Below, one piece after another: positions 28,300 to 40,258 of a stretch of DNA of 64,000 bases. A program made the translations under genes and the position numbers. Source of the DNA: Octopus vulgaris (taxonomy: Eukaryota). Position 1 is the stretch's first letter; the number at the start of each line of letters is the position of its first letter. The notes beneath the pieces are model-generated. The model searched no databases and was not told where the DNA came from. It saw only the letters and a program-made list of their open reading frames with translations. The stretch is from positions 58,342,001-58,406,000 of the forward strand of contig OX597826.1 of assembly GCA_951406725.2 (NCBI GenBank), given 5' to 3'.

Positions 28300-28683
28300 T
28301 TATTTACTATTTATTATTTAATTGAACACCTCGTATCGATTTCCAAGGAATTTTATATACAAATACTCAGTGAAAGTATTAATAGTGAAACTATTAAAAC
28401 TAAAAGTATTATCTCACTTTACAATAGAGATGTTAATGTTTCACTTTTGACACGTAATACTGAAATAGTGTAAGAGATAAGAGGTTGCTCCGGGATCGCA
28501 TTAGGCAAGAAGTTGAAAGTTTTTGGCTTATGACATTTCATGGACCCTAAGTAAGGCACGTATAAAATTTGAATGAAATCGGTTGCGTAGTTCTCGAGTT
28601 TTAGTGATGCACACATGCAGACACACAGACACAGACACACACTCACACACACACACACACATTCTCAGTTTTATATATATAGA
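28300..28683 (-). mobile_element. non-autonomous Helitron 5' portion
   Basis: Minus strand begins A|TCTATATATATAAAACTGAGAATG(TG)n, like the Helitron start at 52594; left boundary uncertain. Confidence 0.65.
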
Positions 28684-28968
28684 TATAGGTATACATAAAC
28701 ACACCCACGCACCCACACTCACGTGCAGATAAAAGAGTGTATATACGTGTGTTGTGCGTGTGTTTTTTTTTATGTAAAGTACATGGAAACATACTTTATG
28801 TCCATGCATGCGTATCTATCAGTGTAAGTCTATGCCTGTATAGATGACTATCTGTAAATGTGCTTGCGTATCCGTATGCATATCTGTTTACATATTCATA
28901 AATGTGTGTATATATACATACACACACACAGACACGCACACACACACACACATATGTATATAGTATAT

Positions 28969-29029
<61 letters not shown>

Positions 29030-29051
29030 CATATATATATATATGTATATA

Positions 29052-29102
<51 letters not shown>

Positions 29103-29811
29103 ATATATGTCCGTAGTAAGAGGATGTATGGACCTCAATTAAATCAACAGTTGGTAAGACCTACGAATGCTGAAAACAAAATTATGGTGGCCATAAATAA
29201 CAGTGTTGGCAGGAAGCTTCTAGAAAGAGTCACGTGTGAGAAGAACGTGACATCAGCAGTCTGTTTTCGAGAGACAGAGACTTCGTTGACTGAATATGTC
29301 GGACTTGAGCTGTTCGCATTAATATTAACAGAATACGCCATTGCTCATAAAGTTATTAAACGCCATGTACACTATGTATGTACGTACGTATGTATGTGTA
29401 TGTGTGTATGTGTGTGTGTGTGTATGCGTGTTTGTGTGTATGTATGTACGTGAATTGTATTAGTGTTTGTTCTTATGGTCAGTTATAAGAAGAGTTTTAC
29501 ACTAATCTCAGGAATTACTCAACTTTTCTGGAGTAAGGTGGCAAGCTGGTAGAAACATTAGCACGCACACACACAAGCGCGCGCACACACACACACACAA
29601 GACACACGTACTTTTCACAGATTATCCTTTTCCTTCTCACTCAACTGTCTTTCTTCTTTCCGACGGAGAGCAATGCTCGAAACCTCACATCCCCTCTTTT
29701 TCTCATTTAAAACATTCTCTGAGCGTCAACACAATGAATTCACAATGAATTCACAATGAATTCATTGATATATATATATATATATATATATATGCATATA
29801 CATATATATAA

Positions 29812-29862
<51 letters not shown>

Positions 29863-29898
29863 CATACATACATGCATATATATACATATATATATAAT

Positions 29899-29972
<74 letters not shown>

Positions 29973-29973
<1 letters not shown>

Positions 29974-30301
29974 GGAGATGTACTTGCATAGCGAGTGACT
30001 TGATCTGAGATCGTGTGCTGGATCGAAAACAATTGCAGCGTGGAAGGTGTTTATAAACCATTTAAGAAACACACAAAACCGTTAGATCCACTTCAACATT
30101 TAAATTTAATTTGTCAAGATATTTTCGTCGCTTTGAGACCTCGACCTGTTCACTGACAGAACTCTGTGCTGCATCTCCGCGAACAGGTCGCGGTCTCAAA
30201 GCGACGAAAATATCTTGGCAAATTAAATTTAAATGTTGAAGTGGATCTAACGGTTTTGTGTGTTTCTTAAATGGCTTATAAACACCTTCCACGCTGAAAT
30301 T
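29973..30301. mobile_element. Penelope-like terminal-repeat fragment with an inverted partial copy (121-bp-arm hairpin)
   Basis: Arms 30031-30151 and 30181-30301 with 4 mismatches and a 29-nt loop; sits in (TA)n; contains a hammerhead-like motif. Confidence 0.65.
30112..30158 (-). ncRNA. candidate minimal type I hammerhead with G3-C8 core variant
   Basis: UGUCA-GUGAACA-g-GUCG(A/C)-loop-GCGAC-GAAA-AUAUCU-UGACA. Confidence 0.5.
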
Positions 30302-30317
30302 ATATATATATATATAT

Positions 30318-30721
30318 AGGAGTGGCTGTGTGGTAAGTAGCTTGCTTACCAACCATATGGTTCCGGGTTCAGTCCCACTGCGGGGAATCTTGGGCAAGTG
30401 TCTTCTGCTATAGCCTCGGGCCGACCAATGCCTTGTGAGTGGATTTGGTAGACGGAAACTGAAAGAAGTCTGTCGTATATATGTATATATATATATGTGC
30501 ATGCGTGTGTATATGTTTGTGTGTGTGTGTCCCTCTAGCGTTGCTTGACAACCGATGCTGGTGTGTTTACGTCCTCGTCACTTAGCGGTTCGGCAAAAGA
30601 GGCCGATAGAATATGTACTGGGCTTAAAAAGAATAAATCCCGGGGTCGATTTGCTCGACTAAAGGCGGTGCTCCAGCATGGCCGCAGTCAAATGACTGGA
30701 ACAAGTAAAAGAGTAAAAGAG
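30318..30721 (+). mobile_element. SINE family A
   Basis: Near full-length match to 12156 and 57169. Confidence 0.92.
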
Positions 30722-31454
30722 TATATATACGGGTACGATGGTGTAAGCAGGAGAAATAGGACTGAAAATATGAGTATACGACATTTCCATCGATATTTAG
30801 CAGAAGCAACAGAGTAACTCAAGGTCCGAGAGTTTCGTGCGTTGGCACTTACCAAGCTAGTGGCAAACACACACACACACACATGGCATATAGTTCTGTA
30901 GGTTACATCAGGTATTAAGCAACTAGAAAGGATTTGACGAATTAAAGTAAAAATGGGTAAAATTAAGAACACCAAGAACAAGAGCAAGGAGTATGACAGC
31001 AACGATAAGAAATATATTATTCAGAAAAAAAAGTTCAGAATTATTTTAATTAATCTTAGACTGACATGGATTTGCTCAGTCTTTAATCTTACGAAAAAAA
31101 AAAATAACTAAATGAAATTTTTTAAAAAAATGTTTAATCCTCTGTCTCGTAATAAGTCTAATGACATATAGCAGTGACATATTCTGGTTCTTTCGTCACT
31201 TTCTATCATTTCCTGCTTTCTTCAATCTCATTTTCGTTTTTCAGTCTTTCTCTCCTCTCACTCACTCTCTCTCTCCTCCTCACTTTATATATATGTGTAT
31301 ATAGTTGTACACACGCACACACGCGCATACATACGTACTCGTATATATGTATTCACGCACATATACACATTTCATTTTAATTCTCTTCTATCTCTACCCT
31401 TCCTTGTCATATTCCTCTAAAATTCGCACTCGTGATTATTAAATGTATATATCT

Positions 31455-31690
31455 GTGGATGCAGATGTCTTTAAAATGAAACTGGATCTCTTCCTGTCAG
31501 GTGTCCCAGATGAACCAACTTCACGGCAGGAGGTGCAGATGAGGGCAGCTGCATCGAACTCTCTCATGCACCAAATGGCAGTTGCTAGAAAGAGTTCGTG
31601 AAGTAAAACCAAGTAGCAACACCAAATGGCGGTGCCCCAGCATGGCCACAGCTCATGAGCTGAAACTAGAATCAATCAATCAATCAATCT
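31455..31690 (+). mobile_element. 5'-truncated CR1-clade LINE 3' end with UTR hairpin and (AATC)n tail
   Basis: VDADVFKMKLDLFLSGVPDEPTSRQEVQMRAAASNSLMHQMAVARKSS*, then ggcggtgccccagcatggccacagctcatgagctgaaactaga(atca)n. Confidence 0.85.
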
Positions 31691-31759
31691 TACACCTGCT
31701 AGATACTATAATACAAAAAATTCACGTGTATACACACGCACACACATACAAACACACAA

Positions 31760-31790
<31 letters not shown>

Positions 31791-31953
31791 GAGATAGATA
31801 GATAGATATATAGATAGATAGATAAAGATATGTATATGATTATTATATATATATATATAAATATATATCGGTAAATATAATAGAGACCTAATTCCTCTAT
31901 TTAGATAATATCGAGGTCTCTTTCATTCTTTTGTTGTCTTACCATTTCTATCA

Positions 31954-31986
<33 letters not shown>

Positions 31987-31989
31987 CAA

Positions 31990-32640
31990 ACACGTAGGAA
32001 GTAAATAGACACCTTTAATTATTCAAAATATTTTATATAATACGCAAAGCGAACAATTGAAATGTAATCGATAGGTAGGACTACATACTTTAGTATTTAG
32101 TTTATATTATCTTTGCAGTTTTTAATTCAGAAACTGTTTTTGGTATTGAACTGATGAGCTTTGTGATTGTCTCTTGTGGAATTTCTTCCCATTTTTCACG
32201 CAACAATCGAAACAATTCATCTTTAGATTTAGGCTTCTGTCGAGTTTTTCGTATAGCTCTATCTAGTATGCTCCAAAGATTTTCAATTGGTTTCATGTCA
32301 GGAGATTGGCTCGGCCAAGGAAGCTTTCAGATCCCATTTACAGTCACCCATTGTTGATTCCTTTTCGCTGTGTGGCATGGAGCCCCATCTTCCACGAATA
32401 AAAACTCTTTTTTCGTTATGTTATCGTGTGAATACATCGGAAATAGTCCTTGCTTAAGTATTTCGATGTATTTTTCAGAGTTTATGGTTCCAACACAATC
32501 AATCAGCTCAGAACGACCATTGCTGGTGACAGTTCACCACACCATTTCAGAGATACCGCCATGTTTCACAGTTGGTTGGAGTCTTTTCAAATCAAATTCT
32601 TGATTGGGAAGCCTCCAAGACCCAAACACGTCCACTGTCT
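31990..32640 (-). mobile_element. Tc1-like transposase 3' fragment
   Basis: PTVKHGG...MVW; FVEDGAPCHTAK; LPWPSQSPDMKPIENLWSILDRAIRK...LREKWEEIPQETITKLISSIPK. Confidence 0.9.
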
Positions 32641-32705
32641 GAAAATAATGCAAGGTAGAAAGTGTTAATCCTCATTTGGCTTATATACATACATACATAC
32701 ACTTA

Positions 32706-32788
<83 letters not shown>

Positions 32789-33172
32789 GTGTCTTCATTC
32801 TTTTGAATTTATTAGTGTAAATTTGTGTAGATATGAAACGTTATATAGAAGTAGTAAGTATATGATTTAACTTATTAAACAGAGTTCAACAAGTTTGTTC
32901 ATACTTACGTAAATGGAGGAGAATAAATGTTAATATGGATGATTATTTTTTTTTATTCATGTAGCTATACAATTGTTTCATAGAAAATGACACGAAATTC
33001 ATATTTAAGACTTTGAGTTGTCATAAAGTACTCGTCGGTAGCTGAAAAAACTAAAAGGACGTTAGAAATGACATAGGTATGGTGTTATTAATCATTTTGT
33101 AATGCGTTACTGTTCTTGGAGTCATGTCTATTTAAACAAGACTGATATATAGAACTCGGGTGCTGATATATA

Positions 33173-34528
33173 CAGGGTGCTTCAAAGAAATTTGATGTAA
33201 TTTCGCGATCTAACAACTTTGCCAGTTCTCGTTCAAAGGACTTCAAATTTTAACAGAATGTGTAGAAACAGGTTAAAATTTTATGTTTAATGTTTGATAT
33301 GTTTATCTTTCCAGGTAGAGAAATGGCAGTCATTCGAAGAGAAAAGGCGTTTTGTGTATTGAAGCATGATGGAACACAGTCAAACAACTGTGCAGCGTGC
33401 ATTTGTGAGAGAGTTCTCTAAAAGATCACCAACGGCAATGCAGGTTCGGACATGACATGAAAGAAAAAAAAATTCAAAGAGGAAGGCAAAAGGATCTGGA
33501 CAGCCACTAACATCGGAAGAAACGGTCGAGCGGGTTCGACAAAAGCTCTTGCGAAGCCCCAAGAAGTCCATAAGAAGAACAAGTCTGGAAACCCAGATTC
33601 CTCCAACGATAGTTGGCGCGTCCTGAGGAAACGCTTGCTAATGAAACCCTACAAGCTGCAGCTCGTTCAGGCCATAAAAGCAGATGACAAGCGAAAGCGC
33701 AAACAATTCTGTGTTGAAATGCAAGAGAAACTTGAAGAAAACGGGTTCAACGAATGTCTTGTTTTCAGTGATGAGGCCACATTTCATACGAATGGCAAAG
33801 TCAATAAGCATAATTTTCGCATTTGGGGCAAAGAGAATCCCCGTGCCACAGTTGAGCATGAGAGGAACTCACCAAAATTGAATGTGTTCTGCGCCGTCTT
33901 TAAGAAGCATCTTCATGGCCCGTTTTTCTTTGAGGGAAATGTGATCAGCGTTGTTTATCTGCAAATACTTCAGAACTGGCTAATGGATGAATTCATTGCA
34001 AATGAACATGAAGACTTCATTTTTCAACAAGATGGGGCTCCACCTCACTAGAATCTTACTGTGCGGGCTTATCTCAATGACAATCTGCGAGGGGAATGGA
34101 TCGGGTGTGATGGTGATGAAGACAATATGCTATTGAAATGGCTGCCATGTTCACCTGAGCTGACACCTTGCGATTTTTTTTTCTGGGTGTATATTAGAGG
34201 CCTGGTCTATGTCCCCCTTTTCCTGCAAACCTAGAGGAATTCGAGCAGAGAATCACTTCTGCACTGGAGACTGTTACCCAAGACATGCTGTAGCGTGTTT
34301 TAGAGGAGCTGAACTACTGACTTGACGCGCGCCGTCTCTCAGGCGGTGCGCTATTGAACGTTTGTGAAATCGTTCATGGAATCCATATACCTTTGAATTT
34401 CTCATTCAAAATAAAAGGAATACATCTTATGTTGCTCAACATTAAGCCTATTTAGTTTCATTTGCCTTGAGTATGTAGTTTCTGTGATATTTACATCCCA
34501 ATGATATCAAATTTTTTGAAACACCCTG
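33173..34528 (+). mobile_element. full-length decayed rosa/DD41D-clade Tc1/mariner element, ~29-bp TIRs, TA TSD
   Basis: TA|CAGGGTGCTTCAAAGAAATTTGAT...ATCAAATTTTTTGAAACACCCTG|TA; transposase ~33323-34367 with VFSDEATFH, FQQDGAPPH and WLPCSPELTPCDFFFW; several stops and frameshifts. Confidence 0.93.
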
Positions 34529-34583
<55 letters not shown>

Positions 34584-34717
34584 TATTAAAGGCTAACATT
34601 CTCTCCTTAAATTTCTATATATGAGCTAATTTAAACACCCCTAAAAGTTGTGAATAATTCGTGAGGCTGTATTTTTAGGAAAAGGACAACCCAAGTAAGG
34701 AAGTAAAGCAAATACTC

Positions 34718-35128
34718 TCTCTCTTTTACTCTTTTACTCTTTTACTTGTTTCAGTCATTTGACTGCGGCCATGCTGGAGCACCGCCTTTAGTCGAGCAAA
34801 TCGACCCCGGGACTTATTCTTTTGTAATCCCAGTACTTATTCTATCGGTCTCTTTTTGCCGAACCGTTAAGTGACGGGGACGTAAACACACCAGCATCGG
34901 TTGTCAAGCAATGCTAGGGGGACAAACACAGACACACAAACACACACATACATATATATATATATACATATATACGACGGGCTTCTTTCAGTTTCCGTCT
35001 ACCAAATCCACTCACAAGGCATTGGGCGGCCCGAGGCTATAGCAGAAGACACTTGCCCAAGATGCCACGCAGTGGGACTGAACCCGGAACCATGTGGTTG
35101 GTTAGTAAGCTACTTACCACACAGCCAC
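34718..35128 (-). mobile_element. SINE family A
   Basis: Reverse complement of the family A sequence. Confidence 0.92.
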
Positions 35129-35169
35129 ATGCAAATAAGTAATAATGTACATACTATGTGTATGTGTGT

Positions 35170-36048
35170 TGAGGGCTTCGAATGTCCCGTCCTGTGGTTC
35201 TTGTGTCGTCTCTGTGGCGTTTCACGTTCTTGTCCATGTCTGTAATTATTTTTACTGTTTACCTATATAATCGGCGGCTACGTATCCACAATTGTCCTTA
35301 TACGATAAGTATATTTTTTTCTCAAGCATTGATACGACTCTTAATCTTTCTTTCTCTCTCTCTCCCTCCCTTATTCCCCCTCCTTTCTTTCCCTCTCCAT
35401 CCGTTTCCCCCCCCCTTCTACGTTTCTCTATCTCTCTCACCTCCAGCCCCCTCGATCTGTCTCTTTCTTCTCCTCCCTCGTCCACCTTCTCTCTCTTTTC
35501 ATCTGTCCCTTTCTCTTGTCTTTTGTTCTCACGTGACCGCTGACCGCTGTTGAGCGCTCTTTTCGTTCCAGCAGCCGTTGAAGCAACACGTACTTGTTCG
35601 TCTCCCTGTGGCCATTAGGCACAACTTCATAAGCCAGCCCCATGCTCAATTCGTCCTGTCGAAAGACCCTTGTCCTACGTCCTGGTTTTGTTTTGTTGTT
35701 TATTTTTTATACTTTATTTTTACCGTTATTGTTTTTACGTGTTTGTATTCTTATTGTTGTCACGTATTCGGTATTTTTGTTCGTGTACTTCGTTCGTTTT
35801 CCGTCCTCGTGTTGTATACATTCGAAGCTTTCTTCCAGGGGATCTAATGCACTTGGCTTAGATTTCCCGTGGCGGGCTGCCCATATCGGAGCAATCTCAA
35901 GATTAATCAGCCGAAATTGCTAAGATGATCTGGTTCTTGACTGATGACTGAGGGCTTCGAATGTCCCGTCCTGTGGTTCTTGTGTCGTCTCTGTGGCGTT
36001 TCACGTTCTTGTCCATGTCTGTAATTATTTTTACTGTTTACCTATATA
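35170..36048 (+). mobile_element. non-autonomous Penelope-like/retrozyme-like element with identical 100-bp direct terminal repeats
   Basis: 35170-35269 is identical to 35949-36048 (period 779 bp); possible GIY-YIG C-terminal relic YNRRLRI/QLSLYDKYIFFSSIDTTLN at 35266-35345; hammerhead boxes at 35881-35956. Confidence 0.7.
35881..35956 (+). ncRNA. candidate permuted hammerhead ribozyme (best-preserved copy)
   Basis: CCAtATC-gg-AGCAA-UC|UCAAGA-uuaaucagcc-GAAA-UUGCU-aagau-GAUCUGG-u-UCUUGA-CUGAUGA; stems I and III perfect. Confidence 0.62.
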
Positions 36049-36124
36049 TATATATATATATATATATATAGGTAGATAGATAGATAGATAGAACTATATA
36101 AAGATAGATATGTTTCATAGATAA

Positions 36125-36173
<49 letters not shown>

Positions 36174-36313
36174 CAAACAGATAAAAGAGATAAAAAGACT
36201 AACAGGGTATTTTTTGTAGAATTGGAACCAGGTTATTAAGGAAGTTCATTTGAAATAGTTGATTTGTCAAAATAGAGTTATCCATCCATCCATCCACCCA
36301 CCCATCTATCTAT

Positions 36314-36379
<66 letters not shown>

Positions 36380-36499
36380 GCTTGTCTGTCTGCCTGACTG
36401 TCTGTCTGCCTGTCTGTCTGTATGTATGCTTATCTATCTTTACCTCTCTCTCTCTCTCTCTCTCTAGACATATACACACACATATATATATGCATACAT

Positions 36500-36531
<32 letters not shown>

Positions 36532-36785
36532 GTAGGTATATATATATATGCTAGTCTGTCCGTCTGCCTTTCTGTCCCCCGCCCCAGTTGTGCATCTCCC
36601 TGTCTGGGCTGTATTTTGGTGACATGCATACATGAGTTCGCGTGTCGCCATCTAGCCCTCCTAGTTACAATACGCTCTGGGGCGCGAATGAAGTTGAAAT
36701 ATTTGCTGAGTTAATTAACGCTGAATAAGCAGAACTCTACGTACACGCACGCACACACACAAACACACACACGCACGCACACACA

Positions 36786-36820
<35 letters not shown>

Positions 36821-37274
36821 GCACACATACAGACATACACGCATTGAGAGACACCCATATACATATATATATATACATGTTCCTGTCTGTTACACAATTT
36901 AAAAAGAAAAGAATAGGGAAAATTCTGAAACCAGCGACAAAAATTATCTCCGCCTCCAAAGAAGTAAAATGAAATGAAAAAACCAGTAGAAATTTTGGGA
37001 AGAAAATTAGCAAAAAAATTGAAAAATATAAAAAGTTGAACGGACAGTAGAAATTCGATAAATGCCCGGATGCTAATAAAATTATTATCATTATCATTAT
37101 TCGCTGGCAAAATCTTCCCCTAGCTCCAATTAGATTTTAAATGAGTACTCTTACTTATGAATTCCTGACCTGCAAGTTGACACAAATCTCATTAAAATAA
37201 AGAACATGCGTGGTGTGACTAAGAGATGTAGAAAGAAGTGATGATTGTGCGTGTCAGAGAAAGTGGGAAGTGGG

Positions 37275-37311
<37 letters not shown>

Positions 37312-37441
37312 GAGGCGAAAGGGAAGGAAGGTGTGAGGGAAAAAGAGGGGGAAAAAGGAGGGAGGTAGAGATCGGTAAAGTTAGAAATAGCAAAAAGTGT
37401 GTGTGTGTGTGTGCATGTATGTACGTATGTTATGTATGTAT

Positions 37442-37539
<98 letters not shown>

Positions 37540-37742
37540 CATATATGTATATGCATATGTATATATTGTTATATATATATGTATATGTACATATATGCAT
37601 ACATATATATACATATATATATGCATATATATATATATTGTTATATATATATGTATATGTACATATATGCATACATATATATACATATATATATGCATAT
37701 ATATATATATAGTTATGCGCGTGTATATATATACCTGTGTTC

Positions 37743-37774
<32 letters not shown>

Positions 37775-37775
37775 C

Positions 37776-37852
<77 letters not shown>

Positions 37853-38305
37853 AAGAGAAAGAAATAGATAGAGGGAGAAAACTGTTCGAGTGCATTTATA
37901 TAAATGCTTGTGTCCGTATGTATGCACACTTACGTATATACGATAGATATTTGTACGTAGATAACACATATATGTGGACCCATACATTTATGGGTAGACA
38001 GAATCTGATACAGAGGCAATTAATTGTGGTTGAAATTTCGAAATTCAAATAATAAAAAAGGAAAAAGCACACGAAGAACAATACATAATTATTCCCAAAT
38101 ATGTTAATTCATTATGCTTAGACGTTTATCGCCTGCAAACTTATGCACATTATATCGCCCCTAAACTAGCTAACACCCCGTTATATCGTCGACCATTTTT
38201 TTCCCCTGTATTTCTTCATGAAATTTTTTGATGATGGGTTTTATATTTTGTTGCTTTTTCCTGGTCTCGAAATACCGTTACGTAATAGGGATGGTCTGTA
38301 GCAAT

Positions 38306-38307
38306 AG

Positions 38308-38360
<53 letters not shown>

Positions 38361-38531
38361 GTGATGGTGATGACGACGGTAAGGATTATGGCAGTGATGA
38401 TGACGATGGTGATGATGGTGACAATGGCGATGATTATGATGATGATAAATGATGATGATGGTGATGACGACGGTAAGGATTAGACGGTGATGATGATGAT
38501 GGTGATGATGGTGACAATGGCGATGATGATT

Positions 38532-38590
<59 letters not shown>

Positions 38591-38601
38591 TGTGGTTGTG
38601 G

Positions 38602-38635
<34 letters not shown>

Positions 38636-38797
38636 ATCGACGACAGTGAGGATTATGGCAGTGATGATGACGATGGTGATGATGGTGACAATGGCGATGA
38701 TTATGATGATGATGATGATGATGATGGTGATGACGACGGTAAGGATTAGACGGTGATGATGATGATGGTGATGATGGTGACAATGGCGATGATGATT

Positions 38798-38850
<53 letters not shown>

Positions 38851-39066
38851 TGTGGTTGTGGTGATGATGATGATGATGATGAAGATGATGATGATGATAA
38901 CGACGACAGTGAGGATTATGGCAGTGATGATGACGATGGTGATGATGGTGACAATGGCGATGATTATGATGATGATGATGATGATGATGGTGATGACGAC
39001 GGTAAGGATTAGACGGTGATGATGATGATGGTGATGATGGTGACAATGGCGATGATGATTATGATA

Positions 39067-39110
<44 letters not shown>

Positions 39111-39121
39111 TGTGGTTGTGG

Positions 39122-39158
<37 letters not shown>

Positions 39159-39400
39159 AACGACGACAGTGAGGATTATGGCAGTGATGATGACGATGGT
39201 GATGATGGTGACAATGGCGATGATTATGATGATGATGATGATGATGATGACGATGACGACGATGACGACGATGACGATGATATTGTTGCTGATGATGATG
39301 ATAACGCGGAGGAGAAGGACAATGCTGCTGCTGCTGATGATAATGATGTTGCTTATGATAATCATAATTATGATGATAATGATGATGAAGATTATGATGA
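38306..39400. repeat. (GAT)n-derived higher-order repeat, ~263-266 bp unit
   Basis: gacgacggtaaggattagacggtg recurs at ~38466, 38732 and 38995; variant version at 46204-47330. Confidence 0.85.
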
Positions 39401-39597
39401 TGATGAAGATGATGATGGTGGCGGTGGTGGTGCTGGTGGTGTTGCTGTTGCTGCTGTTGTTGCTGTTGCTGTTGCTGTTGCTGGTGGCGACGATATGGTT
39501 GCTGACGATGATGAAGGTGATTACGAAAGGGATGATGATGATGATGGTGAGAAGGAGGAAGAGTAGGAAGGAAGACGTCAATAATGGTGTTGGCAAA

Positions 39598-39639
<42 letters not shown>

Positions 39640-39912
39640 AGCAATAAAATAATTATAATTATTGTTACTATTGGCATAATAACAACGATGAGACTCTCAT
39701 GGTTAATGATTAAGGCAAGTACAAAAACAAAAAAAAAAAATAATAGACAAAAAAGGAAAACAAAAAAAACAAACAATTATAGAAAGAGTGGGAACAATAA
39801 TACAGCAATTGTGACAGCAACAATAACAAAAAACACCACCATCATCAACATCATCATCACAACCGTTACCGCTTCCATTACCAACGACTACAACAACAAC
39901 AACAACAACAAC

Positions 39913-39951
<39 letters not shown>

Positions 39952-40115
39952 TAATAATAATTAATAATAATAATAATGATAATAATAATAATGAATAATA
40001 ATACTAATACTAATAATAATAATAATAATAATAATTAATAATAATTAATAATAATAATAATGCTAATAATAATAATGATAATACTACTACTACTACTACT
40101 ACTACTAATAATAAT

Positions 40116-40175
<60 letters not shown>

Positions 40176-40184
40176 TGATGATGG

Positions 40185-40215
<31 letters not shown>

Positions 40216-40258
40216 GGTGGTGGTGGTGGTGGTGGTGATGATGATAATAATAATCATG

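Noticed and set aside
33635-34051. Intact host gene (138-aa ORF)
   Set aside because: Fragment of a transposase interrupted by stops and frameshifts, lying between TIRs
38228-39954. His-, Met- or Asp-rich ORFs as metal-binding or biomineral proteins
   Set aside because: Derived from (GAT)n; stops and frame structure differ between the two copies; no splice signals
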